From assembly GCA_018654845.1 (NCBI GenBank), contig JABIKU010000016.1, positions 3,727 to 67,726 on the forward strand: a stretch of DNA of 64,000 bases, in the 5' to 3' direction. Position numbers and translations under genes: made by a program. The notes below the pieces were generated by a model. The model saw nothing but the letters and a program-made list of their open reading frames with translations. It did not search any database and was not told where the DNA came from. Positions 1 to 10,163 of the stretch are shown one piece after another. The DNA comes from Methanobacteriota archaeon (GTDB taxonomy: Archaea > Thermoplasmatota > Poseidoniia > Poseidoniales > Thalassarchaeaceae). Every line of letters starts with the position of its first letter. The first letter of the stretch is position 1.

Positions 1-34
1 TTGCAACAATCATGGCGATTTTCATATTAATTCC

Positions 35-829
35 TCATATTGAAATTGGAGCCTTGATGTGTGGGTGATGTTCATAATCAATAACTTCTATATCCGCTGC
101 AGTAAAATCATCAATCGATTTTATGTTTGAATTCAGCTTCACTATTGGTAGTTTTAATGGTGTTCTATTAATTTGAAGTTTAGCTTGTTCAAGATGGTTA
201 CTGTAGAGGTGGCAATCCCCTCCTGTCCAAATGAATTCACCGGGTTCTAAATCGCATAATTGGGCAACCATAAGTAATAACAAACTGTATGATGAAATAT
301 TGAAAGGGACTCCTAGAAATGCGTCCGCACTTCTTTGATATAATTGACATGATAATTTTCCATTGATAACATAAAACTGGAAAAAGGCATGGCAAGGCAT
401 TAATGCCATTTTATCTAAGTCACCCACATTCCAAGCTGAAACAATTATTCGTCTTGAATTCGGATTTGATTTGATTAATTTAATGGCATTGTCCAATTGG
501 TCGATAATTTTGCCATCATTACTTTCCCATTTCCGCCATTGTTTTCCATAAACAGGTCCTAAATCTCCATTTTCATCAGCCCATTCATTCCAAATTCTGA
601 CATTATTTTGTTGTAGGTATTCAACATTTGTTTCACCGGAAATAAACCACAACAATTCATGTATTACGCTAGGCCAATGAATTTTTTTTGTTGTTACTGC
701 TGGAAATCCATCCTCAAAATCAAACCTCATTTGATGACCAAATAATGAGGAAGTTCCAGTACCTGTCCTGTCACCTTTTTTTTCACCATTTTCGAGAATG
801 TGGCGTAGGAAATTGAGGTACTCTTCCAT
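35..829 (-). CDS. thyA: Thymidylate synthase ThyA (bacterial type)
   Basis: DRTGTGT, catalytic [19 protein letters not shown] and HLYSNH motifs. Confidence 0.97.
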   Translation of the reverse strand: MEEYLNFLRHILENGEKKGDRTGTGTSSLFGHQMRFDFEDGFPAVTTKKIHWPSVIHELLWFISGETNVEYLQQNNVRIWNEWADENGDLGPVYGKQWRKWESNDGKIIDQLDNAIKLIKSNPNSRRIIVSAWNVGDLDKMALMPCHAFFQFYVINGKLSCQLYQRSADAFLGVPFNISSYSLLLLMVAQLCDLEPGEFIWTGGDCHLYSNHLEQAKLQINRTPLKLPIVKLNSNIKSIDDFTAADIEVIDYEHHPHIKAPISI

Positions 830-885
830 GGTATCTCCAACCCCTCATCAGCGGAAGTCTTTCAACAATGCTCTCAAGATTTCAC

Positions 886-1662
886 TTAAGGTGCGCCCAA
901 TAAACGTAAACTCTCTATTATTTGGTCTGTAAAATCTCGAAATAAACTCTTCATAATCGATCGCTGACCATGTTCATCTAATTTCATAATGTTTTGCACA
1001 TCTTTATCTTCAAATGAGCCACCCTCTGAGTGGCTGATCCAGTCACCAAAAGTAATAGGTTGACCTATATTGACTGTTACCTTCTTCCAAGGATGGATTA
1101 TTATATTGCCCGGTGACATAAAATCTCTTGCTCCAATTATTGCAATAGGAACGATGGGGATGTTTGGAAATTTTGCAGCTAATCGAGCTGCACCGGTTTT
1201 GCCCCTAGCAAGAAATGGTGCCTGTTTACGTCGTGAGCGTGTACCTTCAGGGAAGATTGCCATTGGAATGTCCGCAGACAAAACATCGACAGCCCTTGAT
1301 AATGCTTCAGTGCCTCCCTGTTTTCTTAGTGTTTCAATTTGTCCTGTACTTTCCATCAATATTCTTGTATTGTGTTTTTCAAAATATTCTTCTTTGGCCA
1401 AATAATGCATGGGTCTCATGCTTGCCATAATTTTGACAAATGGGTCGATGTGTGATGTGTGATTCCCAACAAAAATTGCTGCGCCATCCGTTGGAATATT
1501 TTCCAATCCAATATATTTGATATTCGTAAATGGTCGAATAATTGGTGGTAATATAAATAGAAGAAAACGATACATGAAAGGAGTTCGAAAATTGTTATCC
1601 GTGCCGTGTAATTGAACATTTGATGAAATTGAATTCAAACTCGCCTCAGATAAGCCGCTCAC
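886..1662 (-). CDS. Lysophospholipid acyltransferase (PlsC family)
   Basis: NHTSHID (HxxxxD), LAKEE, FPEGTRS and PIVPIAI blocks; start uncertain (ATG at 1575 possible). Confidence 0.88.
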   Translation of the reverse strand: MSGLSEASLNSISSNVQLHGTDNNFRTPFMYRFLLFILPPIIRPFTNIKYIGLENIPTDGAAIFVGNHTSHIDPFVKIMASMRPMHYLAKEEYFEKHNTRILMESTGQIETLRKQGGTEALSRAVDVLSADIPMAIFPEGTRSRRKQAPFLARGKTGAARLAAKFPNIPIVPIAIIGARDFMSPGNIIIHPWKKVTVNIGQPITFGDWISHSEGGSFEDKDVQNIMKLDEHGQRSIMKSLFRDFTDQIIESLRLLGAP

Positions 1663-1744
1663 GAGTTTGTCCTGATGGGTATTGGACTTGATAGTTTCCC
1701 GGCTCCATGGGAGGGTTCATCAATTCATTATCCAACCATTGTAT

Positions 1745-2866
1745 ATGGCCGAGAGGAGAGTGGGGGCAATCCTTCTAATGATATTTTTACTTCCCACTCT
1801 CGCACCTACTACTGCTGCTGAATGGGATGAAGATAATTGGCTCTGGAATATTATTGGTCCTGAACGTTTAGAGCATGGTGATGAATTCGGTTGCCATGGG
1901 TATGAGGGGATCGATGTCAATGAAGAACAATGGGTTATCGAAGCATGTAGAAATTATGTAATGGGTTTCACCAATGCTTCACGATGGGGGGCTAATCCCA
2001 TATCTTTCGGTTTACCTAATGGAGAAATAAGTGACCTAGTTATTACAACATTAATGGAAAATAATTTTTCAATTATTGGGGATTTAACCGAATTTGAACT
2101 AGAAGATATCCAAGTATTTTCACGTACAACTACTTTGGAGAAAAACCAAGTTGAAATGGAATTTCTAACCAATGTTGCCAAAGATGAACTATTGAGTGTT
2201 TATTGGATTGCTAAATGGCATGATGTCAAAATACGAGAAGATAAAGATGCAATCACACTTTTAGAATCTCAAAATGTTTGGTATACTACATGGGGGGAAT
2301 GGTATAGTCATAAATATTCGAGTAAAAATATTTATTCTTATACTAAAGAAATTACTGATGACAATTCCACTGATGATTTTTCTAGAATCCATATCAAAAA
2401 TAATTTTTCAAATGAGAATGGTTGGCAAGTTCCTGGTACAGTATTTATTGAATGGAACGGCAGTAACCCCTCATCTTGGATTGATTCAGTCAACCTTGAA
2501 GCCAATGAAAAAATTCTGAGAAATGGCTACAGATATGCAGATGGTGGAGCTTACTTGACTCTTAGCCCAGGTCAAGAAATTATTTTGGAATTCATAGGTA
2601 CGGCTCCTCAATTATTAATCACACCACAATTAACATTTAACGGCCTACATCACTCGGTAACAATCGTTGGCCATCACGTTACAGACTTACACCAATGGAG
2701 CTCAGATTTTCATGATTCTCAACTTCGTTTTACATGGTTAATTGAAAGGCCAGCTGCGATTAAAATGAATTGGATTCTGCCAATTATTGCAGTTAGTGTA
2801 CTGGTTGCTACCCCCGCAATTATCAAAAATTTGGTTCGACGCGACCAAGATTCTCAAAATCATTAA
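1745..2866 (+). CDS. Secreted, C-terminally anchored hypothetical protein; possible degenerate polysaccharide-deacetylase-like fold
   Basis: Signal peptide after ATG 1745, C-terminal TM helix, GDEFGCHGY and VWYTTWGEW segments. Confidence 0.6.
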   Translation: MAERRVGAILLMIFLLPTLAPTTAAEWDEDNWLWNIIGPERLEHGDEFGCHGYEGIDVNEEQWVIEACRNYVMGFTNASRWGANPISFGLPNGEISDLVITTLMENNFSIIGDLTEFELEDIQVFSRTTTLEKNQVEMEFLTNVAKDELLSVYWIAKWHDVKIREDKDAITLLESQNVWYTTWGEWYSHKYSSKNIYSYTKEITDDNSTDDFSRIHIKNNFSNENGWQVPGTVFIEWNGSNPSSWIDSVNLEANEKILRNGYRYADGGAYLTLSPGQEIILEFIGTAPQLLITPQLTFNGLHHSVTIVGHHVTDLHQWSSDFHDSQLRFTWLIERPAAIKMNWILPIIAVSVLVATPAIIKNLVRRDQDSQNH

Positions 2867-3928
2867 TCAGAGTTGAATATCGGGACCCCTTATATCCACT
2901 CCTGAATCTTTCATTGTTTGTACGATTGAAGAAATTACAATATCACTCAGAATTTCTGGTGGATATGATCCTTCTTCTATGATATTTTCACTATTCACCC
3001 ACTCGGTAACACATGAGGAGGTTACTAAGCCGGTGGTTCTAGCCATAGATGATCCATCAGTTCCACCATGGTCTTCGATAGTCCAATGAAAAGATTCTCC
3101 ATTTTCACACTCGACCTTTACTTCCATCCATGTAAATTCCGGTCGATTAATATTAAATTTCCAATCTAGGATAAGTGATTCCGTATCTAATTTTCCACTT
3201 CTTTTTTCATCGATGTATCTCTGAATATGACCCGGCCATCTCACGGTATATTCTGCCATGTCTTGTGCAGGTATTGTATCGAGAAGGCTGCGTAACCCAT
3301 CGGTCAGAAAGGCTTCCATCTCTCCTTTTCCTTCTACATCGATTCGATGCCGTTCACTCAAAGCAGGAAGTACACTTTCCATCCGGTCACGAATGATTCT
3401 GGCGGGGCGAGTATATTCGGCAATCACATCACTTGGTGAAAATGGCGCCATGTAACTCCATTCTGAATCTGGCTCACTAGGATTACCCCCAACCCTCACT
3501 TCTGCGCTGACTATACCTTCACCTTTTCTTGCTGCATAAGCAATTAACATGTTTGACAGTCCCGGAGCGATTCCAACATCCCATAGCAGCCGAGCACCTG
3601 TTTCTTTGGCAGTTTCATGAAGTATATCTGGTGTGACCTCACTAAAACTCAAGTCGATGATTCGATAACCCCAATCCACTAAATTCATAGTTGCTTGATG
3701 TCCTAAATCTCCAGGTAACATGTTCACTACAAAATCAACTTCACCATATTTTTCCAAATGATTGGAATGTTCTATCGCATCTCCTAGATGTAAATGAATT
3801 GAATCACATTCGTCGAGCCTAGGTGGCTCGGAAATTTCGTGAACATGAATGACGTGTCCAAGGTTAGCTAATCTGTTTACTACGAATGTACCAACCAATC
3901 CACAACCGAGACAATGTACGTTAGCCAT
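2867..3928 (-). CDS. Saccharopine dehydrogenase / lysine 6-dehydrogenase family
   Basis: GCGLVG Rossmann motif, DVGIAPGLSN, FLTDGLRSL, TVRWPGH, MARTTG. Confidence 0.88.
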   Translation of the reverse strand: MANVHCLGCGLVGTFVVNRLANLGHVIHVHEISEPPRLDECDSIHLHLGDAIEHSNHLEKYGEVDFVVNMLPGDLGHQATMNLVDWGYRIIDLSFSEVTPDILHETAKETGARLLWDVGIAPGLSNMLIAYAARKGEGIVSAEVRVGGNPSEPDSEWSYMAPFSPSDVIAEYTRPARIIRDRMESVLPALSERHRIDVEGKGEMEAFLTDGLRSLLDTIPAQDMAEYTVRWPGHIQRYIDEKRSGKLDTESLILDWKFNINRPEFTWMEVKVECENGESFHWTIEDHGGTDGSSMARTTGLVTSSCVTEWVNSENIIEEGSYPPEILSDIVISSIVQTMKDSGVDIRGPDIQL

Positions 3929-4027
3929 GGACTTCGGTTATCGGTTGAGGTATTGTCTGTAACGGTTCGGGCTTTTCCAATACTTTTTCTCCACAGCCTT
4001 CATTGAGGATAATGCAGGCGAAACGCC

Positions 4028-5410
4028 GTGGCAACTGACTCTCGAATTGACCCTTGGTCGTCCGAACAGCCTACAGACTACAAAAAATTGGTCGACAAAT
4101 TCGGTTTGGAATCAATTGATTTATCAAAAATTCCAAATCCAAATCAACTTTATCGAAGAGGAATTATTTTTGCTCATCGTGATTTAGATAATATTCTCAA
4201 TTCGATTGAGAGAGCTTCCCCCTTCGGTGTTTTAACTGGATTAATGCCGAGTGGAAAAATGCATCTTGGTCACAGTATGGTGATTGAGCAAGTTAAATGG
4301 TTTCAAGAACAGGGTGGTGATGTAACTGTTACTGTAGCTGATTTGGAATCATTGGCGACACGGGGAATCTCACTTGAAGATGGTCGAAAAAATGCATTGA
4401 ACGAGTACATACTCAACTATGCTGCTATGGGTCTTGACCCCGATAATACAAATGTGTATTTTCAAAGTTCACGATCTGCTGTACAACGATTGGCATTTAC
4501 CTTAGGCAAGAAAACTAATTTGTCAGAGTTCGAGGCTATCTATGGATTTGGGGGAGACACAAATTTGGCACATGTCCAAGCTCCTCTTATACAAGCTGGT
4601 GATATTCTCCATCCAATGTTGGATGAATATGGTGGCCTAAGGCCAATCGTTGTTCCAGTAGGCATCGATCAAGACCCTCATCTAAGGTTAACACGAGGAT
4701 TAGCAGGAAAATCGAATTGGTTTAATGTGAAGGGTAGAAAATATGGTGGCTTGACAGTTGCATTATCTGTTCAAGATGAAAATTCTCAAGCTTTTGGTAT
4801 CGATTCTAATGGTCGAGTGGATCGAAAAATCCGCTCTGAAATATTCAATGATATTCAAGCCGTCTTAGTTAAATTAGGTTTTGCTGATATTTTAGCAAAT
4901 CCAAAACACGGAACATTAGAATTACCTGGTGCCACCTTAGACGACCGTTCTAATATACGACTTGCCCTTCTGTCTTTAGAACGAAATATGGGGGGAATTG
5001 GATTGATGCCACCATCCTCTACCTACCATCGTTTTGTTGTAGGAATGACTGGGGACAAAATGTCTTCTTCTAAACCAGAAACAACAATTTTCCTTGATGA
5101 TTCCATTGATGTAATGTCGAAAAAAGTCAAGCGTGCATTTTCTGGCGGCCAAGCTACGATAGAAGAACATCGGAGACTTGGAGGAGACCTAACGAAGGAT
5201 GTTGCATTTCAATATTTACAGTATTTCTTCGAATCTGATGATGATGAATTAGCTTCTATTGGTCGCGAATATCAATCCGGAAGAATGTTAGCTGGTGAAA
5301 TAAAGCAATTATGTATTGAAAGAGCAGAAACTTGGCTGAAAGATTTGGCTGAAAAGAGAGCGGCTTGGGAAGATAGACTTGACGAATTTTTAGCTGAAGA
5401 TGCACTTTAA
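4028..5410 (+). CDS. trpS: Tryptophan--tRNA ligase (archaeal type, with insertion)
   Basis: IDPW, PSGKMHLGH (HIGH), GIDQDPH, KMSSS. Confidence 0.96.
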   Translation: MATDSRIDPWSSEQPTDYKKLVDKFGLESIDLSKIPNPNQLYRRGIIFAHRDLDNILNSIERASPFGVLTGLMPSGKMHLGHSMVIEQVKWFQEQGGDVTVTVADLESLATRGISLEDGRKNALNEYILNYAAMGLDPDNTNVYFQSSRSAVQRLAFTLGKKTNLSEFEAIYGFGGDTNLAHVQAPLIQAGDILHPMLDEYGGLRPIVVPVGIDQDPHLRLTRGLAGKSNWFNVKGRKYGGLTVALSVQDENSQAFGIDSNGRVDRKIRSEIFNDIQAVLVKLGFADILANPKHGTLELPGATLDDRSNIRLALLSLERNMGGIGLMPPSSTYHRFVVGMTGDKMSSSKPETTIFLDDSIDVMSKKVKRAFSGGQATIEEHRRLGGDLTKDVAFQYLQYFFESDDDELASIGREYQSGRMLAGEIKQLCIERAETWLKDLAEKRAAWEDRLDEFLAEDAL

Positions 5411-6009
5411 ATTAAATCATCTGCGTCGAAAACGGGTACGGTTGGGCCGACTCGAAGTGTATCCAATTCATTTGTTGACAATTCTCTTGATATAGCCAAT
5501 GCGTCTAGAATTTGACTATGCCCCATCGGGTCTAATAATTGTAATTTAACTGGTAATTCGCCATTTTTCACTAGGTTTATTTCAGATAAAAGTTGACTAC
5601 ATTTCTCTTGATTTTCTCTTTCGGTTGAATCTGTTAAAGATTGCCGGTAAATGAGACTTACAGCATCTTCAAATCGATTTAACACACCTTCTATATTTGA
5701 TATATAACCAGTTGACGATCCCCCCGGCTCGACCTCTAAACCTAATTCTTCAATAATTACTGTACATGATGATGAACGAACAATTCGTACATTCATTTTT
5801 TCAATACTATCAACATTCATCTCCCAGGCTCCCGGTTTTTTCCCTTCTGCTGGAATGAAATCAGTATGCCTCCATCCACATTTATCGCACATCATTGTCA
5901 TTTGGGTATGTTCTCCAAAATATGGTATCTCCGAACTATGGACAATCATCGTTAATCCCGAAATAGATGAGCAGATTGGGCAGGGTTGTTCAATTATGCT
6001 TTCCAACAA
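5407..6009 (-). CDS. ZPR1 zinc-finger protein
   Basis: CPIC..IPYFGE..CDKCG, IVRS, ELGLEVEPG, NIEGVL, DPMGHSQI. Confidence 0.93.
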   Translation of the reverse strand: MLESIIEQPCPICSSISGLTMIVHSSEIPYFGEHTQMTMMCDKCGWRHTDFIPAEGKKPGAWEMNVDSIEKMNVRIVRSSSCTVIIEELGLEVEPGGSSTGYISNIEGVLNRFEDAVSLIYRQSLTDSTERENQEKCSQLLSEINLVKNGELPVKLQLLDPMGHSQILDALAISRELSTNELDTLRVGPTVPVFDADDLI

Positions 6010-6021
6010 ATCACAGCCTAA

Positions 6022-6417
6022 TCATTCCATTCCTTTTTTGGTACTAAAAGTTGGAGGTAAGAGCAGTAATCTTTCACGGCCTATGCCGAATACGGTGCCG
6101 GAAAGGTCTCCTTCAATGAATTGTTGTAATTTTTTCACAGCAGCATGTAATTCGACTTCACGATTCACCAATCCACTCATTTCTACGATTACAATATCTC
6201 CGTCCGCGACCCAATTCATTAATTCAGAAGTGCCGGTAATATCGTCGAGTACTGCTCTGTGAATTATGGTGTCTTCAACAACACGCGGCACTGGTGCTTG
6301 TGGATATTTGTCTGCCAAGTCATGATATTCTTGTTCAGGACTTAAATTAGTATTTGTTCTATTTGGGATGCTAGGCATGTTTATCCATCGAGGTTCGACA
6401 TCATTCCCCCTCGCCAT
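6022..6417 (-). CDS. sepF: Cell division protein SepF (archaeal)
   Basis: GDIVIVEM..L and LLLPP C-terminal pattern; conserved archaeal adjacency to ZPR1; start set at MARGND. Confidence 0.75.
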   Translation of the reverse strand: MARGNDVEPRWINMPSIPNRTNTNLSPEQEYHDLADKYPQAPVPRVVEDTIIHRAVLDDITGTSELMNWVADGDIVIVEMSGLVNREVELHAAVKKLQQFIEGDLSGTVFGIGRERLLLLPPTFSTKKGME

Positions 6418-6582
6418 ATGTAATGGTAATAGTTCTCTCCTTTCACACCTGCGGTGAACTATATTGAGCAATTCTCATTTATGCACTATCTGAAGTTTCG
6501 ACGAATTCTTTCCCAACGCATTCATAAAGGACAGGATTCTAGTTTGATTCGTCGGGGACCTCCCCTAGACGAGGTGAATTTG

Positions 6583-7209
6583 ATGCACACAACTTCTGAA
6601 GCGGTTAAGACAGGAACCAGTACAATTGGAATTACCTTTGATGGTGGCGTTGTCGTCGGTGCAGATCATCGAGCAACTATGGGCCATTTTATTGCGAATA
6701 AAAGTGTCCAGAAATTGTTCCGAATCGCAGATAATATGGCTTTGACAACCGCTGGCTTAGTCGGACACGCTCAATCACTATCTAGGACCCTTGCAGCAGA
6801 ATTACGTTTGTACGAACTTAAACAAGGGAACTTAATGACTGTAAAAGGAGCAGCGACTTTGACTGCTAATATTTTGGTCGGCCGCCCCCACTATGTTCAA
6901 CTTCTAATTGTAGGCGTCGATGAATCGGGTCCTAGCGTATTTAGCATCGATTCAGCAGGCGGTTCAATTCCTGATGCTTACTGTGCAACTGGATCGGGTT
7001 CTCCATATATGTACGGTGTTCTAGAAGATCAATACCGAGATGGTATGGATGAGAAATCTGCTTTACAAGTTGCAGCCAAATCATTACTAGCATCAGCTCA
7101 AAGAGATGCTGCTAGTGGAAATGGTATGGATCTAGCAGTCATCACTGCAGAGAAAGGATTCCAATTTCTTTCACCTGAGCAAGTCACTGATTTGCTTTCT
7201 TCACTTTGA
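6583..7209 (+). CDS. psmB: Proteasome beta subunit
   Basis: KTG/TSTIG autoprocessing site, ADHRAT, GSGS, RDAASG; GAGGTGA RBS at 6571-6577. Confidence 0.96.
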   Translation: MHTTSEAVKTGTSTIGITFDGGVVVGADHRATMGHFIANKSVQKLFRIADNMALTTAGLVGHAQSLSRTLAAELRLYELKQGNLMTVKGAATLTANILVGRPHYVQLLIVGVDESGPSVFSIDSAGGSIPDAYCATGSGSPYMYGVLEDQYRDGMDEKSALQVAAKSLLASAQRDAASGNGMDLAVITAEKGFQFLSPEQVTDLLSSL

Positions 7210-7284
7210 AATTCACGACGCCTTTGAGTGACTCCATACAACGGAGTTTTCACAATTGTCGTGGGCTCGCAGAGAGGTATTTTC

Positions 7285-9201
7285 ATGCGATTAACATTAA
7301 CTGAACTAAAGAAAAAAATAGCAACGGTCATTCCCAAGAATATCGACTACGAGGTCGATCTTGAAGCTGGATCAATTTCGATTATTACCAAGACCCCAAA
7401 GTCATTTGTTGATGGTGCTGAAAATTTAACTGTAAAAATAGCTAAATTAGTCAAAAGAAAAATAGTTGTCAGACCTCACCCCAGTATTTTAGTCGATGAA
7501 AAACAGGTACACGAAAAAGTTTCACAAATTATTCCTCCAGAAGCGGAAGTAAGGAAAATTTGGCTTGATCCCGCGCTCAGTGAGGTTATTTTAGAATGTG
7601 ATAATCCAACTGCAGCAGTGGGGCCCAAAGGTGCTCATATTTTGGAATTAAGGGACAATATTGGTTGGCTGGTAAATGTAGTTCGTGCACCATCGATAGA
7701 AAGTCGGACTCAACACGATATTCGCAGATATAGAAAGGAAATGGGGGATGAACGTAAGGCTTTGATGAGAAAATTTGGCACTCGAATTTATCGACAAAAG
7801 CGATCTGGTGAACCATGGGTTAGGATAACTGCCCTAGGTTCATACCGCGAAGTTGGTCGTGCAATGCATTTGATAACCACTAACGAATCAAAGGTATTAG
7901 TCGATGTAGGAGCAAAACCAACTACGAATAAAAATGAAATCCAACCATTTTTCTCTGCTCCTGAATTGATGCCATTAGATAATTTAGATGCAATAGTAAT
8001 CACTCATGCACATGTAGACCATATCGCGATGTTACCAGTTCTATTCCGTTATGGCTATCGAGGTCCAGTTTATTGTACTCCACCGACGCGTGATTTGATG
8101 ACTTTATTACAAATTGATTACATCAAAGTCAGTGCTGCCGAAGGAAATGAACCTCCATATTCAAAGGCAGATATTCAAGAATGTATTAAACATGTTATCG
8201 ATATAAATTGGGGCGAAAAAACAGATATCGCACCAGATATCAAAATGACGATGGAAAACGCGGGACACATTCTTGGTTCTTCGAGTGTATATATGAATGT
8301 TGGAGAAGGAAAAAATGAACATCGAATATTATTCTCTGGAGATATTAAATATGAAAAATCTTGGTTATTCGATGCGGCAACTGTAAGATATCCAAAAGTC
8401 GACACTCTGATTATCGAATCTACTTATGGAGGCCCTCAAGATCTTCAACCAACTCGGGAAGCAGCTTCACATGAATTACAAGAATTAATTATGGATGTAA
8501 TTGGTCGAGGTGGAAAAATTTTCTGTCCGGTTTTTGCTGTTGGACGTTCTCAAGAAGTGATGATTGCAATAGATGAATTGTTCAAATCTGGTAAAGTTTC
8601 TCCATGCACTGTTTGGTTAGATGGAATGATTTCTGAAGCCACTGCAATTCATTCTAGCCACCCTAAATTTTTAAATCGTGATTTGAGAAAAAAGATGTTG
8701 AAGGGTGGAACTGAGAACCCCTTCCATTCAAAGTGGTTTAAGCAGGTTGAATCTAGGGATCAACGAGAGTCCATTCTTTTGGATCCTAGCCCTTGTATCG
8801 TTTTGGCTACTAGTGGAATGATGACCGGAGGACCAATCGTTGAATATTTCAAACACTGGGCACCTGAACCATCGAACACCCTCTGTTTTGTTGGTTATCA
8901 AGCATCAGGCACCCTAGGTAGTCGTCTTCGCGATGGCCATTCTACCGTTCCCCTTGTAGACAAGGGTCAAACATTGATGATTGAAGTGAATTGTTCACTT
9001 AGAAAAATTGACGGATTTAGCGGACATTCCGATAGGAAACAATTGATGGATTATGTAGCCGCGCTAAATCCGACACCAAGAAAAATCATTTGTCACCACG
9101 GTGATGCGCACACGTGTAATGCATTTAGGCAAGGTTTGAGGGAGAAATTCCGTGTTCAAACATATGCGCCAGCAAACTTAGAGACTCTGAGACTGCTTTG
9201 A
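7285..9201 (+). CDS. fttA: Beta-CASP ribonuclease aCPSF1 / transcription termination factor FttA
   Basis: N-terminal KH region, THAHVDH, AGHILGS, ESTYG, FAVGRSQE, FSGHSD; follows psmB as in most archaea. Confidence 0.95.
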   Translation: MRLTLTELKKKIATVIPKNIDYEVDLEAGSISIITKTPKSFVDGAENLTVKIAKLVKRKIVVRPHPSILVDEKQVHEKVSQIIPPEAEVRKIWLDPALSEVILECDNPTAAVGPKGAHILELRDNIGWLVNVVRAPSIESRTQHDIRRYRKEMGDERKALMRKFGTRIYRQKRSGEPWVRITALGSYREVGRAMHLITTNESKVLVDVGAKPTTNKNEIQPFFSAPELMPLDNLDAIVITHAHVDHIAMLPVLFRYGYRGPVYCTPPTRDLMTLLQIDYIKVSAAEGNEPPYSKADIQECIKHVIDINWGEKTDIAPDIKMTMENAGHILGSSSVYMNVGEGKNEHRILFSGDIKYEKSWLFDAATVRYPKVDTLIIESTYGGPQDLQPTREAASHELQELIMDVIGRGGKIFCPVFAVGRSQEVMIAIDELFKSGKVSPCTVWLDGMISEATAIHSSHPKFLNRDLRKKMLKGGTENPFHSKWFKQVESRDQRESILLDPSPCIVLATSGMMTGGPIVEYFKHWAPEPSNTLCFVGYQASGTLGSRLRDGHSTVPLVDKGQTLMIEVNCSLRKIDGFSGHSDRKQLMDYVAALNPTPRKIICHHGDAHTCNAFRQGLREKFRVQTYAPANLETLRLL

Positions 9202-9480
9202 TTACAAAAGTGGAGTATCAAACCCCTCATTAATTGGATCGCTAGCATGAGTCGCTTCGATATTGTCCTCTCCTTCGTCGCTTCGAAGAACCTCTTCAAG
9301 ATTGTTTTTAATTTCATGTTTTCCCGATTTTTTTGAAAGAAAGAATAAGGGAAAAGGAGTCAACATTAGATACGCCCAAGCTTCGACAGAGGGGCCATCT
9401 TTTGTGAATGAGTTTATAGAAAGAGCGATTAAAATTACAGTAAAAAACCAAATGATATATGATTTGCTCGTTCCGAACAC
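9202..9480 (-). CDS. Small membrane protein (2 TM, acidic tail)
   Basis: Two hydrophobic helices; fills the gap exactly; stop abuts the fttA stop. Confidence 0.55.
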   Translation of the reverse strand: MFGTSKSYIIWFFTVILIALSINSFTKDGPSVEAWAYLMLTPFPLFFLSKKSGKHEIKNNLEEVLRSDEGEDNIEATHASDPINEGFDTPLL

Positions 9481-9559
9481 AATACCCCGTGATGGCTTTG
9501 TTTGAAATTACTATCGTTGATGGCAACAATTTATCGACTATTAGTTTCGACTATCGGTT

Positions 9560-10003
9560 ATGGGCGGCGAATGGATATTGGTTCGCTGTAAATGTGGTCA
9601 TTCTTTTGGAAGTCAGAATTTCCAATCTGCTTATTGCAATCGTTGTAATTCTAACCAAAAATTATCTATTAATGCAAAATTTGAGACTAATTCAGATTTA
9701 GCCTTAGCAGTTTCTGCTGCTAATTTACCAAAAGGACTCCATAAAGAATTTTCAAAAAAGTTGAAGATTGAACGGCAGAAAAATATCAAATCTAAATCTA
9801 ATAGTGATAGTGGTGGCGAAATGATGCTTAGAATTATGAAAAATTCATTAGACGACAATGGAAATCTTAGTTTGGAATCGGTCAAAAATTCAATGTTAAT
9901 AGAGGGAATCGACAATACAACGGTCGAACAAATAATTGGTCAAGCAGAAATGCAAGGATTATTGATTAGAGTGGATTCTAATACATGGAATTGGTTGGGT
10001 TAA
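9560..10003 (+). CDS. Zinc-ribbon protein with probable C-terminal winged helix
   Basis: CKCG..CNRC N-terminus; C-terminal EQIIGQAEMQGLLIRVDSNTWNWL. Confidence 0.65.
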   Translation: MGGEWILVRCKCGHSFGSQNFQSAYCNRCNSNQKLSINAKFETNSDLALAVSAANLPKGLHKEFSKKLKIERQKNIKSKSNSDSGGEMMLRIMKNSLDDNGNLSLESVKNSMLIEGIDNTTVEQIIGQAEMQGLLIRVDSNTWNWLG

Positions 10004-10040
10004 GTTCATGACCCAATCGTTGGTGGGCGGTTTACTCACA

Positions 10041-10118
10041 GGGCCTGTGGGTTAGTCTGGTCTATGCTTGTTCGTTTGGGACGAACAGACTCTGGTTCAA
10101 ATCCAGGCAGGCCCACCA
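10041..10118 (+). tRNA. tRNA-Pro(TGG)
   Basis: Acceptor GGGCCTG/CAGGCCC, anticodon arm GTTCG-TTTGGGA-CGAAC, TTCAAAT T-loop, encoded CCA, no intron. Confidence 0.95.
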
Positions 10119-10163
10119 TAATTTTGATGTTTATTCACCTTATAATAATTAATTAATTCATAA

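Noticed and set aside
4710..5010. Insertion of about 100 aa in TrpRS as an intein or novel domain
   Set aside because: No intein Cys/His-Asn termini; comparable insertions occur in other euryarchaeal TrpRS.
10041..10163. Integrated element at tRNA-Pro or tRNA-Val
   Set aside because: No integrase and no duplicated tRNA 3' end seen; flanks are housekeeping genes.
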